Made by a program: the position numbers and the translations under genes. The notes under the pieces were generated by a model. That model was not told where the DNA came from. It ran no database searches and saw only the letters and a program-made list of their open reading frames with translations. From NCBI RefSeq assembly GCF_006345805.1, contig NC_042998.1, positions 109,616,001 to 109,680,000 of the forward strand: a stretch of 64,000 bases of DNA. The letters run 5' to 3'. Shown here piece after piece: positions 51,731-64,000 of the stretch. The first letter of the stretch is position 1; each line of letters starts with the position of its first letter. Source of the stretch: Octopus sinensis. Taxonomy: Eukaryota.

Positions 51731-52254
51731 ATATATCACTATACATATCAGATATAAAGCACATATGTTACATCGTATTAACATATGTTAACAATTAGCT
51801 TACATTTAGTAAAACATATCTTACAATATTACAATTTATATATCTTTTAGTTTTCAGTTAACCACAACTCGAATAACCTTCATTAGTCACGCTACCACGA
51901 AACTAATATATATCTTCTAAAACAGTGACATATGCCTTGCATATATATTTTACATTTATTGACATATCTTACAGTGTAACAACATATACTTTAGACATAT
52001 TAACATGCATTTTACATTTATTAACATATACTATATAACAACATATATCATACCACGTAGCAACTTACATTTAAATACAGTTAGATAAAGGTTATATACA
52101 ATAACTTATGCTCTACAATATTATAACATACAACGTATCATAAAGAACAACTTATATCTTAAAATATAATAACACATTTTATGATATAATTAACAAACAC
52201 ACACACGCACAATAAAATAGCATATATCCTAAAACATAGAAACATATAATCTTT

Positions 52255-52463
52255 TCTACTCCAGGCTTAAGGCCCGAAATTTTTAGGGAGGGGGCCAGTC
52301 GATTTTATCGACCCCAGTACGCAACTAGTAATCAATTTATTGATCTTGAAAGTATGAAAGGAAAAATTGACCTCGATGGAATTTGAACTCACAACGTAAA
52401 GACAGACGAAATATCGCTAAGCATTTCGCCCGGCGTGCTAACGTTTCTGCCAGCTCGCCGCCT
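52255..52463 (-). mobile_element. SINE family B
   Basis: ..GCATTTCGCCCGGCGTGCTAACGTTTCTGCCAGCTCGCCGCC end. Confidence 0.9.
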
Positions 52464-52661
52464 TATATATTATATAACATATATCCTGCAAATATAGTAA
52501 TATGGATCTTACAATATAATGATGCATATTTTGTAATAGAATTAGATGTACCTTATAAATAGTAACTTATATCTTATAAAAGAATAAAACTACGCTATGT
52601 GGGAAGGTCATTACTCTGAGAGATAAAGCGCTAATTATTTTATAATACTTCGTTATAGAGA

Positions 52662-52855
52662 GGACAGCAGAAAGGCAGAATCGTTAGAGCATCGAACAAA
52701 ATACTTTTAGTAAATATAAAAATAATTCACTTTACATTCAGAGTTCAACTTCAGTGGAGATCGCCTTCAGCTTCCATCTTTTCGGGGTCAATAAAATAAA
52801 GTTGCTTTCATTTAAATGTGTGGCTTTGTGCCAATGTTGGAAATCAATATTTCTT
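52662..52855 (+). mobile_element. Degraded SINE family B
   Basis: GGCAGAATCGTTAGAGCATCG..GAGTTCAACTTC..CATCTTTTCGGGGTCAATAAAATAA. Confidence 0.7.
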
Positions 52856-53039
52856 TATTGAAACTATATAGGTAAAAAGGAAAAATGGAACTAGAAATAT
52901 TCGTAAAATTAGTTTCGTGCATTAGCATTGGTCATACTTAGGGTCTGTTCTCGAGGGGTAGCTATTTCGTGTGAATCTAATTTCACACAGCATTCAACTG
53001 ACTAGCAATCATTCAGTATCAACGATTTCAATCAACTCC

Positions 53040-53250
53040 TTACAAATTCCCTGTTTCATCTATTGCCGTCGTTATAATGATCTCTGCTTGTCTGGACATG
53101 CTATCAAGACCAACTAATCTATTCTTTTTCAGTCATCCCCACCGTGTCTCCTCTCCCAAATCCATAAAGACTTTCTCAAGTCTTCTCCCTAGATATAGAC
53201 TCCCTGCCCCCACGCTTTACCAACTACAGGGCTCAAGTGACGAGAGGGCA
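53040..53250 (+). mobile_element. Possible CR1/L2-like LINE 3' fragment
   Basis: Frameshifted translation resembling SLF.RYYN.LC..QSHPH.VS..SSFFPR..W.SLP. Confidence 0.4.
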
Positions 53251-53670
53251 TGAAAATTGTCATACTTACTATCTACTCTCTATTAATTAATTTATAACCT
53301 AACCCAAAAGTTAAAACATATTTTCTATGATCAAAAGAATTTATTCTATTAATCCGACTGATGTTCTAATCGCATTATTTTTTACAGCTGCGAGAAATAT
53401 TTTGATCTAAGCGGTTAATATAAATTAAATATTGACCTTGCTATTTCATTTAGATTACAGTGATTTATTTTTATTTCTTATGTTTACCTATGGACCTAGC
53501 ACCTGAATAAGCAGGGGTAATACTACACTTTGGGTGGTTATATTATTGATTCTGGAAGGATGAATGAAGCACATATGCATATAGGGAGAGAAAGAGGAAG
53601 AAAAACAACTTCATAAGCACATGTACACCTATGTAATTACAAACGGTAACTGCAAATAAAATATACAATG

Positions 53671-53724
<54 letters not shown>

Positions 53725-55303
53725 TGGATCTGTTGTGAGAGAGAGAAAGACACTCCCATTCTCTTTCTCTCTTCTCTTTCCTTCTCTACTTGGATATCGG
53801 TCTCTGTCTTTTCACTCACCGTTATCTGCTTTATGACATCGCCTCTGCATCTAAACAAATTGTTGTCATTTTCTTTCCGAGCCGCACTTGTTACATTATC
53901 GAATCCTGTTTGTTTTTGTCATATTTTATCTCATCAAAAATGTTTTACTTTGTTTCAAATTTGCTTTTATTGAATATTTCTTGATCTTGTCCCTAGTCTT
54001 AATTAAACTTCCTTTTCCTCCACCCCACTAACCATACTCTATTATTTCTTTTTCTTGTTGTTGTACTCATTTCCACTTCATAAATCACCTAAAAAGTCAT
54101 ATTCACTGGTTGTTGCCATAAAGTAAGCTATTCGGCAACTGAAAACCGACAATATTAAATATGAGATATCATGGTCAATTATAAAATACGCAAAACCCTA
54201 TAACACACATTGTAGGAGTTGTGAACTGTGCTCTGAGAAATCCCTATCAATTTTACTTATTAGTGAAAAGGTCCTTAATAAATTAACGGAACGGGTTACA
54301 CATTGTTTACACGCCATGAAAGGCACCTTCAAAAATCACCACCCTGTAAACACAGCATCGAGCTACCATAATCCACATTGATCAGTGACACCATGCTTTC
54401 TTTCCATAAAGTGCTATATACCCATGGACAAATGTATGGCCCTTTACCCATGTACCATTTATTGTTCTGTACCTACATATGCGTGCGGATAATCTTGTAA
54501 GTGTATTCAATCTGTGTGTGCATATATATGCAGAGTTGACGTATTTCTATATGCCTATATGTGCATATATGTACTGAGTGGAAGTATCTAGTATGTGCTA
54601 ATATGTACATACATATATCTACGTATAAACGTATATATATATCATTGTATGAGTATATATGTATACTTGCCTACAAAAATATGACACAGTAGGTATCAGA
54701 ATACATTTAGATTTATATAATTTATGATGTTGGTGTAGTAGTGCACGTGAAGATACGTGTGTTGGGGTATGTGAATATTGCGTGTGTATGTGTGTGTGTG
54801 TCTATGAATGTATCTGTGTGTGTATGCTCCATGATGACAGTGTCGATATGATATCTATATGTATTTAAGCAAATGAATGTTTATGCCCCGAAGGATATAT
54901 CCGTGTGTGTAAGTACGTTTGTATATATATGTATAACTGTGTGCGTATGTGATTGGCTGACAGGCATACATGTAATGTATACAGGCATGCGCCCACGAAT
55001 CAACTTATTAATGTGCGCGTCCGTCTGTCTTTGCATTGATTCAAACGTATGTATTGTCTGTGCATCTGTCTAACTGTTAAAATCTCGCAATATTGCTACA
55101 CTGAAATGCATATCTCCAAGCTTAAAACCATATTATCCCACCTGAGGGGTCTACTAAACATTGTGCGTTGCATCTGGTGTTATTGCATCATTCCACACTC
55201 ACCTTGAAGATGAGACAATTATTATGGTAATAAAAGAGTTTTTGTTGGTACATTCTGTCTTCTCTATTTATCTTTAATACACACACACACAAACATACAT
55301 ACA

Positions 55304-55339
<36 letters not shown>

Positions 55340-55637
55340 TATAAATATAGATATGGCATATGTACACACATACACATATATATGACATATGTACACAAAC
55401 ACATATACACGCATACGCAAAACATATATATGTAGCATATATACATTTATGTTGGTATATGATAACGGGTAGAAAAATGTGTCGTTGAGATTTCGCATTT
55501 TGTGTATATTACATTGTAAGGATATTCCTAGCCTATTGAAGTTTATTCTAGTCTTTGTATTATGTATGTGAATCTCTGCTCTATGTTATTTACTTTATAC
55601 TGAACTATATCTAGATATACTTTCTCCTGTCTTCCAG

Positions 55638-55776
55638 CAATAATACAACTATTTTAGTTGAGCCAACTGCAAGTGAATATGCATCGCAGCAGAAAACTGA
55701 CTATATCGAAGCAAACTCATTGCTTTCACCAGTTGGCTATAAGAACAAAATCTACTCCTATGCAGCCTTGCCTTAA
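55638..55776 (+). CDS. Candidate terminal coding exon of an unidentified gene (NNTTILVEPTASEYASQQKTDYIEANSLLSPVGYKNKIYSYAALP*)
   Basis: Strong acceptor TTTCTCCTGTCTTCCAG, then 45 open non-repetitive codons ending in TAA; no homology recognised. Confidence 0.3.
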
Positions 55777-57480
55777 TTTCTGAAATATTTTGATTAAGTG
55801 ATATCATAAGACATTTCCTCTGCTCATTTATTTAAGCATTTGGAGAACCCAAAGGAAATTTGTTTTTAAGCTGTGAAAATATTCTCAGTTGACTGAATTT
55901 TTTCTCCCATTACATCACATATGTGTGATTCTGCTGTATATCACATTAGAGTCGTATAGGAACTTGGTTTAAGCCAACAAGAGACATCACACTTTAGGAT
56001 CACACTCCAGTTACATAGAATCCCAGACAACAAATTAAGAATCAGATATCAGTACATGGTGTATTTATTTCGGTTCAGAGATAGAATTAATTCAACTTCA
56101 TATTCTCAATATGTCTGAAATGTAAGGGACAGTGGAAAGGAAAATTTCCCATAACATGAAACATCCTTAATGAAACACTACCAGACGTCAGTGATGTAAG
56201 GATTTGCACTTTTGTAAAAATGCTATATTCTGCTACAACCACAAGTATTGTGAAATATAAAATACAAAACTTTCTCGCTTTAAAATGTAATTTTTATTGC
56301 GATCATTCATAATTCATATAGAATAACATGTTTTGTGATTCTCTTCACTCTCCTCTACCATCTCTCTAGTATTCATTGTAACTTTTTCTATCACAGAGAC
56401 TAGACATATAATGCCACCTCCCAGAACCTACTGTTCTGACAAGGGTGTTCTACAGCTCATCACTTGATAGCTATCAACCAGTGAAGATCTAACAGGTATT
56501 TCTTTGTTGATCAGATCAAGTTCTTTCATTCATCTCTTTGACGTCTGAACGAGGTCACGTAATGACGGAGTAAGTTTTCGGCTTCTTCTGAATAAAATAT
56601 ATTTTATAATCATAAGACGTTCTTTCTTTTGCATCGTTGGCAAAAATATACTTCCATTTTTTTGTACATATTATTGCATGTGTAAAATAACGATTAGTTG
56701 ATTCATGATTTCAAAATTCTTTTATTTTTCAATATATGGCTATATTCATGCTTTTTATTTTTGCATACTCTTTAAGTATGAAAGGCACAGTTTAAACTAC
56801 ATTCATTTCTTTCAGACCGGTGCAAATGTAAAAATAGACACACGCTATAAACACACACACATACATATATATAAATACACACACACACACATGTGCGCGC
56901 GCACACAAACCACACATGCATGCATACATAAACACACACACACACACACACACATCCATCTATATGTCATACTTGATGTATATACTCCTTTGATAGGCCA
57001 ATAACTATTTCTCCTGAGATAAATTGTGTCGGTGACGTTGGATTTCCTCAGTTGCCACGTTGAACAGCTGCCTGTTCTTAGTTTGTAAAGACGCTTTGGT
57101 ACGTTTTTTTTTATGAGGTTGCACGATATAGAGTAAGTAAGATTATCTCATTTTTGATGCTGAAGTCATTAAAGGAAAACCTGAAGTCATTTAATGGAAT
57201 CTTATAGTATTTGAGCTATGGTCTGACCAAATGTTTTTCTCTTACAAACTCGTTGTAGATAAAGACGTTTGGATTCCACATAAAATACTGTGCAACATCC
57301 ATTTTAGATCTTGTTTTAGAAGCTTGTCTTGAAAACGATTTTGCAACATTTTAAGTAAATACCTTACAGGAATCGATAAACTTCTTGCTGTACCTATTTA
57401 ATATAAATTCATGCAAACGTGCATACACATGTGTGTATTTGTATGTGCATATGTATATACATATATATTGAGATCTGTAT

Positions 57481-57511
<31 letters not shown>

Positions 57512-57936
57512 TATATAAAATACAAAATAGGACAAGAACGCAAAACATCCGGACAACTAGGTGACACAAAAAGGGACAACAAAATATCCAGATAGACGAT
57601 ACAAAAAAAAAACAAGGACGGGTCATTCGAAGCTTTCTATCCTCAGTCAAGAACCAGATCATCCTCGCAATTTCGGCTGATTAATCTTGAGATTGGTCCA
57701 ATACATATGGTTCAAAATGATACAAAAATACAAGAGTGACCGATGAGGAAGCCACAAACAGGGTGTATTAGTTTGAAGTCAAGAATGTACGTGTGTGCTG
57801 ATACTCAAGTTAATGATTTCCTGTCCTAAGCCTTGTACCATGATGTAATTGTTTTTCGAATACCTATCATAATTTATTTACATTTTTCTATATAAATACT
57901 TATAGACTTATAAACTGGCAGATACAAAAAGGTGGT

Positions 57937-57997
57937 GATTCCTGACAAATCTCTCATAAGAGACGAAACTAGCTGTTTAATCTTCCCTTCTAGCTGC
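57937..57997 (+). ncRNA. Degenerate hammerhead motif, copy 1 of a tandem pair (G8 to A)
   Basis: gattc-CTGACAA-aTCTCT cata AGAGAc-GAAAC tagct GTT-taatc. Confidence 0.45.
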
Positions 57998-58219
57998 TGA
58001 AGGTGCTGTGTTTTATCCTGGGAGCTATAGAATCATAGAAATACTAAGTATATAAGTTTATTGAGCAAATTGTATACACATTTTTTTCTGAAAACACTGT
58101 GTTGGTACTTTAGCAAATATTTATTGGCTGTCAGCCTTTTACCATTATATAAATTTCGTTACACTTTCCATAAATTACTTACCTGAAGTCGTAGGTTTCT
58201 AATCATTGGTGAGGTTAAC

Positions 58220-58281
58220 GATACCTGACGAGTCTCTATTAAGAGACAAAACTATTAGGTTCGATCCTCACTTCTAGTTGC
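58220..58281 (+). ncRNA. Degenerate hammerhead motif, copy 2 of a tandem pair (G12 to A)
   Basis: gatac-CTGACGA-GTCTCT atta AGAGAC-AAAAC tattag GTT-cgatc; downstream flank similar to copy 1. Confidence 0.45.
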
Positions 58282-58903
58282 CCAAACTCATAACTATGGA
58301 GTATGTAATCGATTCTCTCTTTTTATTCACATATATATAAACGCACGCATATTTATTTATATGATTGATCAGAAATAGAAAGCTAAATTTGTTGTCACTG
58401 AAAATAGCTTGTTTGTATATCTTCCAAATGGTACAGCAAAAAAATTAATTTAATATACGTGCCACTCTGTCTGTGGATCTATGTAACTTTTTTCGTACAA
58501 AAAAAACTAATTTTCCATCATTCTAGTGTGTGCCAATCCAACATTTTCGGTCAATAGCTATTTAGTAATTTATATTGATTTCTAACAGAGGTCTGAAACT
58601 TGTGATTTCAAATCAGAGGAATGAGAAATTGTGAAGTTCATGCACTTCCAAAAGTAATAGCAATAAATGAGACAAGCTAAGATTATAGAAGTCATTAATA
58701 TAAATTTACCAGTATTCTACACCAAATACTAGCTACTTAACTGAAACAAATTGAAAAAAATAAAATACCGAAATCAAAGTAATATTGAAATAAAACACTA
58801 ATTTGTATTTTGAGCTTCTCAGTTTCTGGAAATATCTGTCAGTAAAACGAACACATACACAGGCGCGTGCACTTACACCCCACATATATGTCTGTGTGTG
58901 TGA

Positions 58904-58940
<37 letters not shown>

Positions 58941-59030
58941 ATATGTAGGTCCCGGGTTGATTCGGGGTTAACCACAGTAAATAAGGTACTCAATACATAG
59001 TAGAGTAAAATTAATTTATTATATAGAAGG

Positions 59031-59081
59031 AGCTTCTACAGGACTAGAACTGTTTCATTCAAGAGAAATCTTCAGGAAGCT
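59031..59081 (-). ncRNA. Type I hammerhead motif in the left arm
   Basis: Exact reverse complement of 60359-60409. Confidence 0.55.
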
Positions 59082-59675
59082 AGTTAACAAGAATTGTATT
59101 GGCATTTATACATTTAGGCAGGTTTAAAGGGGTGTTGGTGGGGGACTTTTTGGGGGTAGGCATAGCGCAAAATATCATACTTGGGGGAGTGGTCAAGGAG
59201 TCAGTGTTAAATTAGATAGAAGAATAAATAAAAAAATAAAAAAATATATAAAAAAATATATAAAAATATATATAAAAAAAGGGAATAGAGTTTTAGGTAA
59301 ATAAGGAGATTCTCACTTATACCTATGCACATATGTATACATATATACACACACATACAAACATATATACATATACATACACACATACGTACACACACAC
59401 ATATATACATATATATACACTTACACATACATATACATATCTACACATACACATATATGTATACATACACACACTCACATGCATACACGTATACACGCAT
59501 GTATATATACACACACGACCACACATACATATACACACAGAAAAATATATATACATACACACACATACTCACATACACGCATACACACACATATCCACAC
59601 ACACATATGCACACACAGCACACTAGTCCCTATATACACATATATACACATACACACACATATAAACACACATAC

Positions 59676-59725
<50 letters not shown>

Positions 59726-60184
59726 GTGTACCTATGCATACCTACACATACACACATATATATACACATACAATACAGACCCATTCCCTAATTTTAATTT
59801 TATTATCTTCATTTATTACTTTTGTTATCTTTGATCGCTGGTCACAAACATCTTGGCTATGACAGCCAGTCCATTTATCTGTCTACTGGAAAACAAGCAC
59901 TCATTTACTCACGCACACTCTTTAGCACGTACACTCACTCATTCGTACACTCATACACATACACGCACGCACGCGTTATATTCATACATACATACATCTA
60001 CATACATTCACGTATATACACATACGTACGCGTACCTACAGATTCATGTCTATACTCTTAGAAGGCTAGTCTATACATATACACCAATAAATATAAATAC
60101 ACACACATACATATACACCTACATACAAATACATACATGTATATATATATACATATATATACATATTCACATATATATACATAC

Positions 60185-60217
<33 letters not shown>

Positions 60218-60358
60218 CATATACATACATATAACACTGACTCCTTGACCACTCCCCCAAGTATGATATTTTGCGCTATGCCTACCCCCAAAAAGTCCCC
60301 CACCAACACCCCTTTAAACCTGCCTAAATGTATAAATGCCATACAATTCTTGTTAACT

Positions 60359-60409
60359 AGCTTCCTGAAGATTTCTCTTGAATGAAACAGTTCTAGTCCT
60401 GTAGAAGCT
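60359..60409 (+). ncRNA. Type I hammerhead motif in the right arm
   Basis: AGCTTC-CTGAAGA-t TTC tctt GAA t-GAA-ACAG ttctagtc CTGT-A-GAAGCT: 6-bp stem I, 4-bp stem III, GUA site; T.T mismatch at the base of stem II. Confidence 0.55.
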
Positions 60410-60427
60410 CCTTCTATATAATAAATT

Positions 60428-60485
<58 letters not shown>

Positions 60486-60902
60486 TATATACATATACAT
60501 ACATACACACACATATATGTATATATGTATATGTGTGTGTATACATATAATTACATAGATATATAGTTACACGCGTAAGTACATTCCGACATACACGCAT
60601 TTATATACATATATACATATTAAGGTTCACAGGCATATAGCCATGTATATGTAGGCATATACATATATAAATACATACATATATGTATATTTATCTATAC
60701 ATATGCATATACACAGATATATGTGTATGTACGTGAGTGTCTCTAATGTTTTTAACATGGTCAATTGGTAAAAATAAATACAAAAAGAAACATAATTCAA
60801 ACCAAATGTTTTTGAAGAGGAATATATCAAAGATTGAGTTACAAATTACATGGTGTGAATATTGAATCAGACGCACAAAGGAGTATATTTATAGTAACGA
60901 CC

Positions 60903-60944
60903 AATAATAATAATGATGATGATGATGATAATAATAATAATAAC

Positions 60945-61017
<73 letters not shown>

Positions 61018-61098
61018 GTAATAATGTAAATCCCCACATAAATTGTTGTCTGTCCTTGTGATGTTCCTCTCATCGATGTCCTTGTGGCTAATAGAAGA

Positions 61099-61150
<52 letters not shown>
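60903..61150. repeat. (AAT)n arrays
   Basis: Visible directly. Confidence 0.95.
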
Positions 61151-61159
61151 GTCTTTGCA

Positions 61160-61343
61160 AATTATTGTACAAGGCCAGTGATGTAAAGGAAGGAGTTTCG
61201 TCGGTTACGTCTACCCAGTACTTGTCTGGTACTTTATTTTAGTGACCCCGAAGGGAAAAGTTGACGTGATTTCAACCTGTAATATATGAAGCTGGGAAAA
61301 ATGCCATCGAGCATGGTTTTTTGACGTGCTAACGATTCTGCCC
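61160..61343 (-). mobile_element. Degraded SINE family B
   Basis: TTGTACAAGGCCAG..GACGTGCTAACGATTCTGCC. Confidence 0.7.
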
Positions 61344-61364
61344 TTTTGGTTCCATGTACATTAA

Positions 61365-64000
61365 TATTATTATTATTATTACTATTATCATTGCCTTTGC
61401 ACAGCTTCTAACGCTGGAGATGTACTACAGTTTCAGCTGTTCACTACCAGTGAACTAAGGTAACACCTCTTATTTTTCGAGCACCTTCCGGAATATTTAA
61501 ACGGTTCCAAGCAGTGCTGCTTTCTGCAAGTACTCCACCCTTACTGCAGCCTCTATTTGTTCCACATTCTCCTCGAGATTTTTGCTCACTGTTCCCAGGG
61601 CTCCGACAATTATTGGTACTACTGCTACCTTTTTCATCGACCACAACTGCTTAACTTCCCAAGCTAACCTGTCATATCTCTCAACTTTGCTTTCTTCCTT
61701 ATCGCATACCTTGTTGTCAGCTGGGCATGCTATATCTATGATCCGGCATAGTTTGATTTCTTTCTCAATTAAGACTATGTCTGACTTCCTATTCTCTGAC
61801 TCATGGTCGCACTGAATCATAAAATCCCATAGGATCTTTGCATTTCTATTTTCGACAATGCCTTCAGGTTTGTGGTCGTACCAATATTTTGCTCTGTCAA
61901 GTCCATACTGGATGCAAACTGTGCAATAGACAAGCCTGGCTATACTGTCGTGGCGTCTCTTATATTCCTTCCAGGCTAGTGGCGTACATTGGCTTGTTAT
62001 ATGCCATACGGTTTCACCGTTTTGTCCACAGATTATGCACTTATCACTTTCTGCTGTGTTGTCTATTCTGTATTTTATGTAGTGTGTTCTTAGTGCTTAC
62101 TCTTGGGTAGCACAGATTAGAGCCTCCGTTTCCCGTTTTAAATCACTTTTAGTCATCCACAGCCATCTTTTTCCTCTGTCTGTCTTATCTTCAACATCTC
62201 AATGAAATTGACCATGCATTCTTTTCTTTACCCACCTATTTTCAGTTTCAGTCATTTTCAAATTCTTGTATAGTGCTTTATCTTTGCAATCTTTTATCCT
62301 ACACAAGCCTGACCTTCTTATTTCTAATAATAGCGGTTCTGTGGTATTTTTTACATACTCTGCTCTGTTGTTTTCTTCTACTCTAAGGCTGTGTTCGCAT
62401 CCAATAAGTCCTCCCCCCTCTTTTTCTTGGTACATACAGTCTGTCTGTGTCACTTTTTGGGTGGGGTGACCCAAATCTAGTTATCAACTTCCTTGTCTTT
62501 CTGTCTAAGCTGTTTAGTTCGTCTATTGTCCATGCTATGACCCCTGCTCCATATCTAAGAAGTGAAACCGCCCAGGTGTTGATAGCTTCGATCTTATTCC
62601 GTCCGTTTAATTTCGACTTAAGGATCAGTCTCAGTCTGCGCAAGTATTCCACCTTAAATTTTTCTGTCATTCCTTTCTCCATCAATTTATCCATTTCCAA
62701 AATCCCCAAGTACTTATAGTCCGTCTCTTATATCTGCTTCATAACCTCCCCGGATGGTATCGATAGCCCGTCCATACATTTGATTTTGCATCTCTTCAAG
62801 ACTAACACACCACACTTTCTCAGTCCGAACTCCATACTGATATCAGCACTGAAAGTATTCACCGTATTAACGAGGGAACTGATTTGGGCTTCATCTTTAC
62901 CATACAGCTTGAGGTCATCCATGAATAACAAATGGTGGACTTTTTGTTGGCGGCTTTTAAATACACACCCAGCTTTTGCTTTCCTCAGAATCAATGTCAC
63001 TGGTATCAAGCACAGAACAAAGATCAGTGAGGACATGCAGTTCCCTTGGAAGATGCCCCTCCTGATATCTACTATCCCTAAACTTCTTCCGTATGCTGTC
63101 AGGTCCGTCCTCCAATTCGCCATACTTTTTCCAAGCAATCGCTAAACATTCGATACAGTACCAAATAGGTTCATATACGCCATAATCCAAGAATGTGGGA
63201 TCATATCGTACGCCTTACGATAGTCGATCCATAAAATGGCTAAGTTACTTTTCCTCCCCTTGCAGTCGCTGAGTACATTTTTGTCTATCAGGAGTTGATC
63301 CTTGGTACCTCTGCACTTACGCTTGCAACCCTTCTGTTCATATGGCGGGACTCCATTTTGTTCCAGATGTCTGTTTATTGATTCTGCGAGTATTCCAGTG
63401 AATAACTTCCACATAAGTGGCAAACAGGATATCGGCCTGTAATTGTCTACTGTTTTGCCTTTTTCGATATTCTTCAAGAACAGCACTGTCCTACCTACTG
63501 TAAACCACTCTGGTGTTATTTGGTCGGCATTTATCAATGTGTTGAGTTGAACATCTATTCGTGCATGACATTCATCAAATCATTTGATCCAGTAGTCTTG
63601 AACTCCATCTAGTCCCGGGGGCCTTCCAGTTGCTCATTTTTTTTGCTGATTTTCTTCACTTCCCTAACATAAATGATTGGTTCTGTCTGTTTTGGGTTGA
63701 CTACTTGCAACCATTCAGCATCCTACTTGTGCTCCTTGTCTTTGCTTCAGATGTCACTCCAAAACCTTTGACTTTCAATGTTATCGGTACACTCTCCATT
63801 TATTTCTTTATAGAATCTTTTCTGATCTACTCTGAATAACCTATTCAGGTGGTAAACCTTCATTCTTTGGTCGTATCTTACCATCTTTGCTTTCTTTGCA
63901 ACGAGACACTGTTTCAGTTCCTCCACTACTACTTTCAGGTCCTTTCCTTCAATATTATACTTCCTTTTCAGCGCCCTGTATTTTTATTCGCTTTTAAGCT
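61365..64000 (-). mobile_element. R4/Dong-like RLE LINE: RT, thumb, zinc knuckle, endonuclease, 3' UTR and (TAA)n tail; runs off the window
   Basis: [99 protein letters not shown]; two in-frame stops in RT and a later frameshift. Confidence 0.95.

Larger units (their letters stand above)
59010..60430. repeat. 200-bp near-perfect inverted repeat (59010-59209 and 60232-60430) around about 1 kb of microsatellite
   Basis: Manual alignment shows a single 1-nt indel between the arms. Confidence 0.9.

Noticed and set aside
57735-57770. CCGATGA-GG aag CC-ACAAAC
   Set aside because: GAAA is absent and stem I does not pair.

Overview
AT-rich, microsatellite-saturated animal genomic DNA. It is very probably a coleoid cephalopod (Octopus-like), inferred from the SINE and LINE complement rather than from a marker gene. 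No host protein-coding gene can be confidently identified. Nearly all ORFs on the track are translations of (CA)n, (TA)n, (TCTA)n or (AAT)n repeats, or pieces of decayed transposons. The window holds about 30 copies of at least four tRNA-derived SINE families and several LINE remnants: Tx1/L1-like, CR1-like, RTE, two R4/Dong-like RLE elements, and a Penelope-like RT fragment. Five Tc1/mariner-superfamily relics cluster at 28.8-41.2 kb. The most interesting unexplained layer is a set of type I hammerhead-ribozyme folds in several unrelated short repeats (1033-1080 minus, 3732-3766, 30662-30725, 57937/58220, 59031/60359), consistent with Penelope-derived non-autonomous, retrozyme-like elements. 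One ribozyme sits in the loop of a long hairpin, and a second copy of that element has cleanly lost it. One pair lies in the arms of a near-perfect 200-bp inverted repeat, and one tandem pair carries complementary core mutations. A few weak candidate exons (best: 55638-55776) may belong to an unidentified host gene. Coordinates of decayed repeats are approximate, and all ribozyme activity claims are untested inferences.
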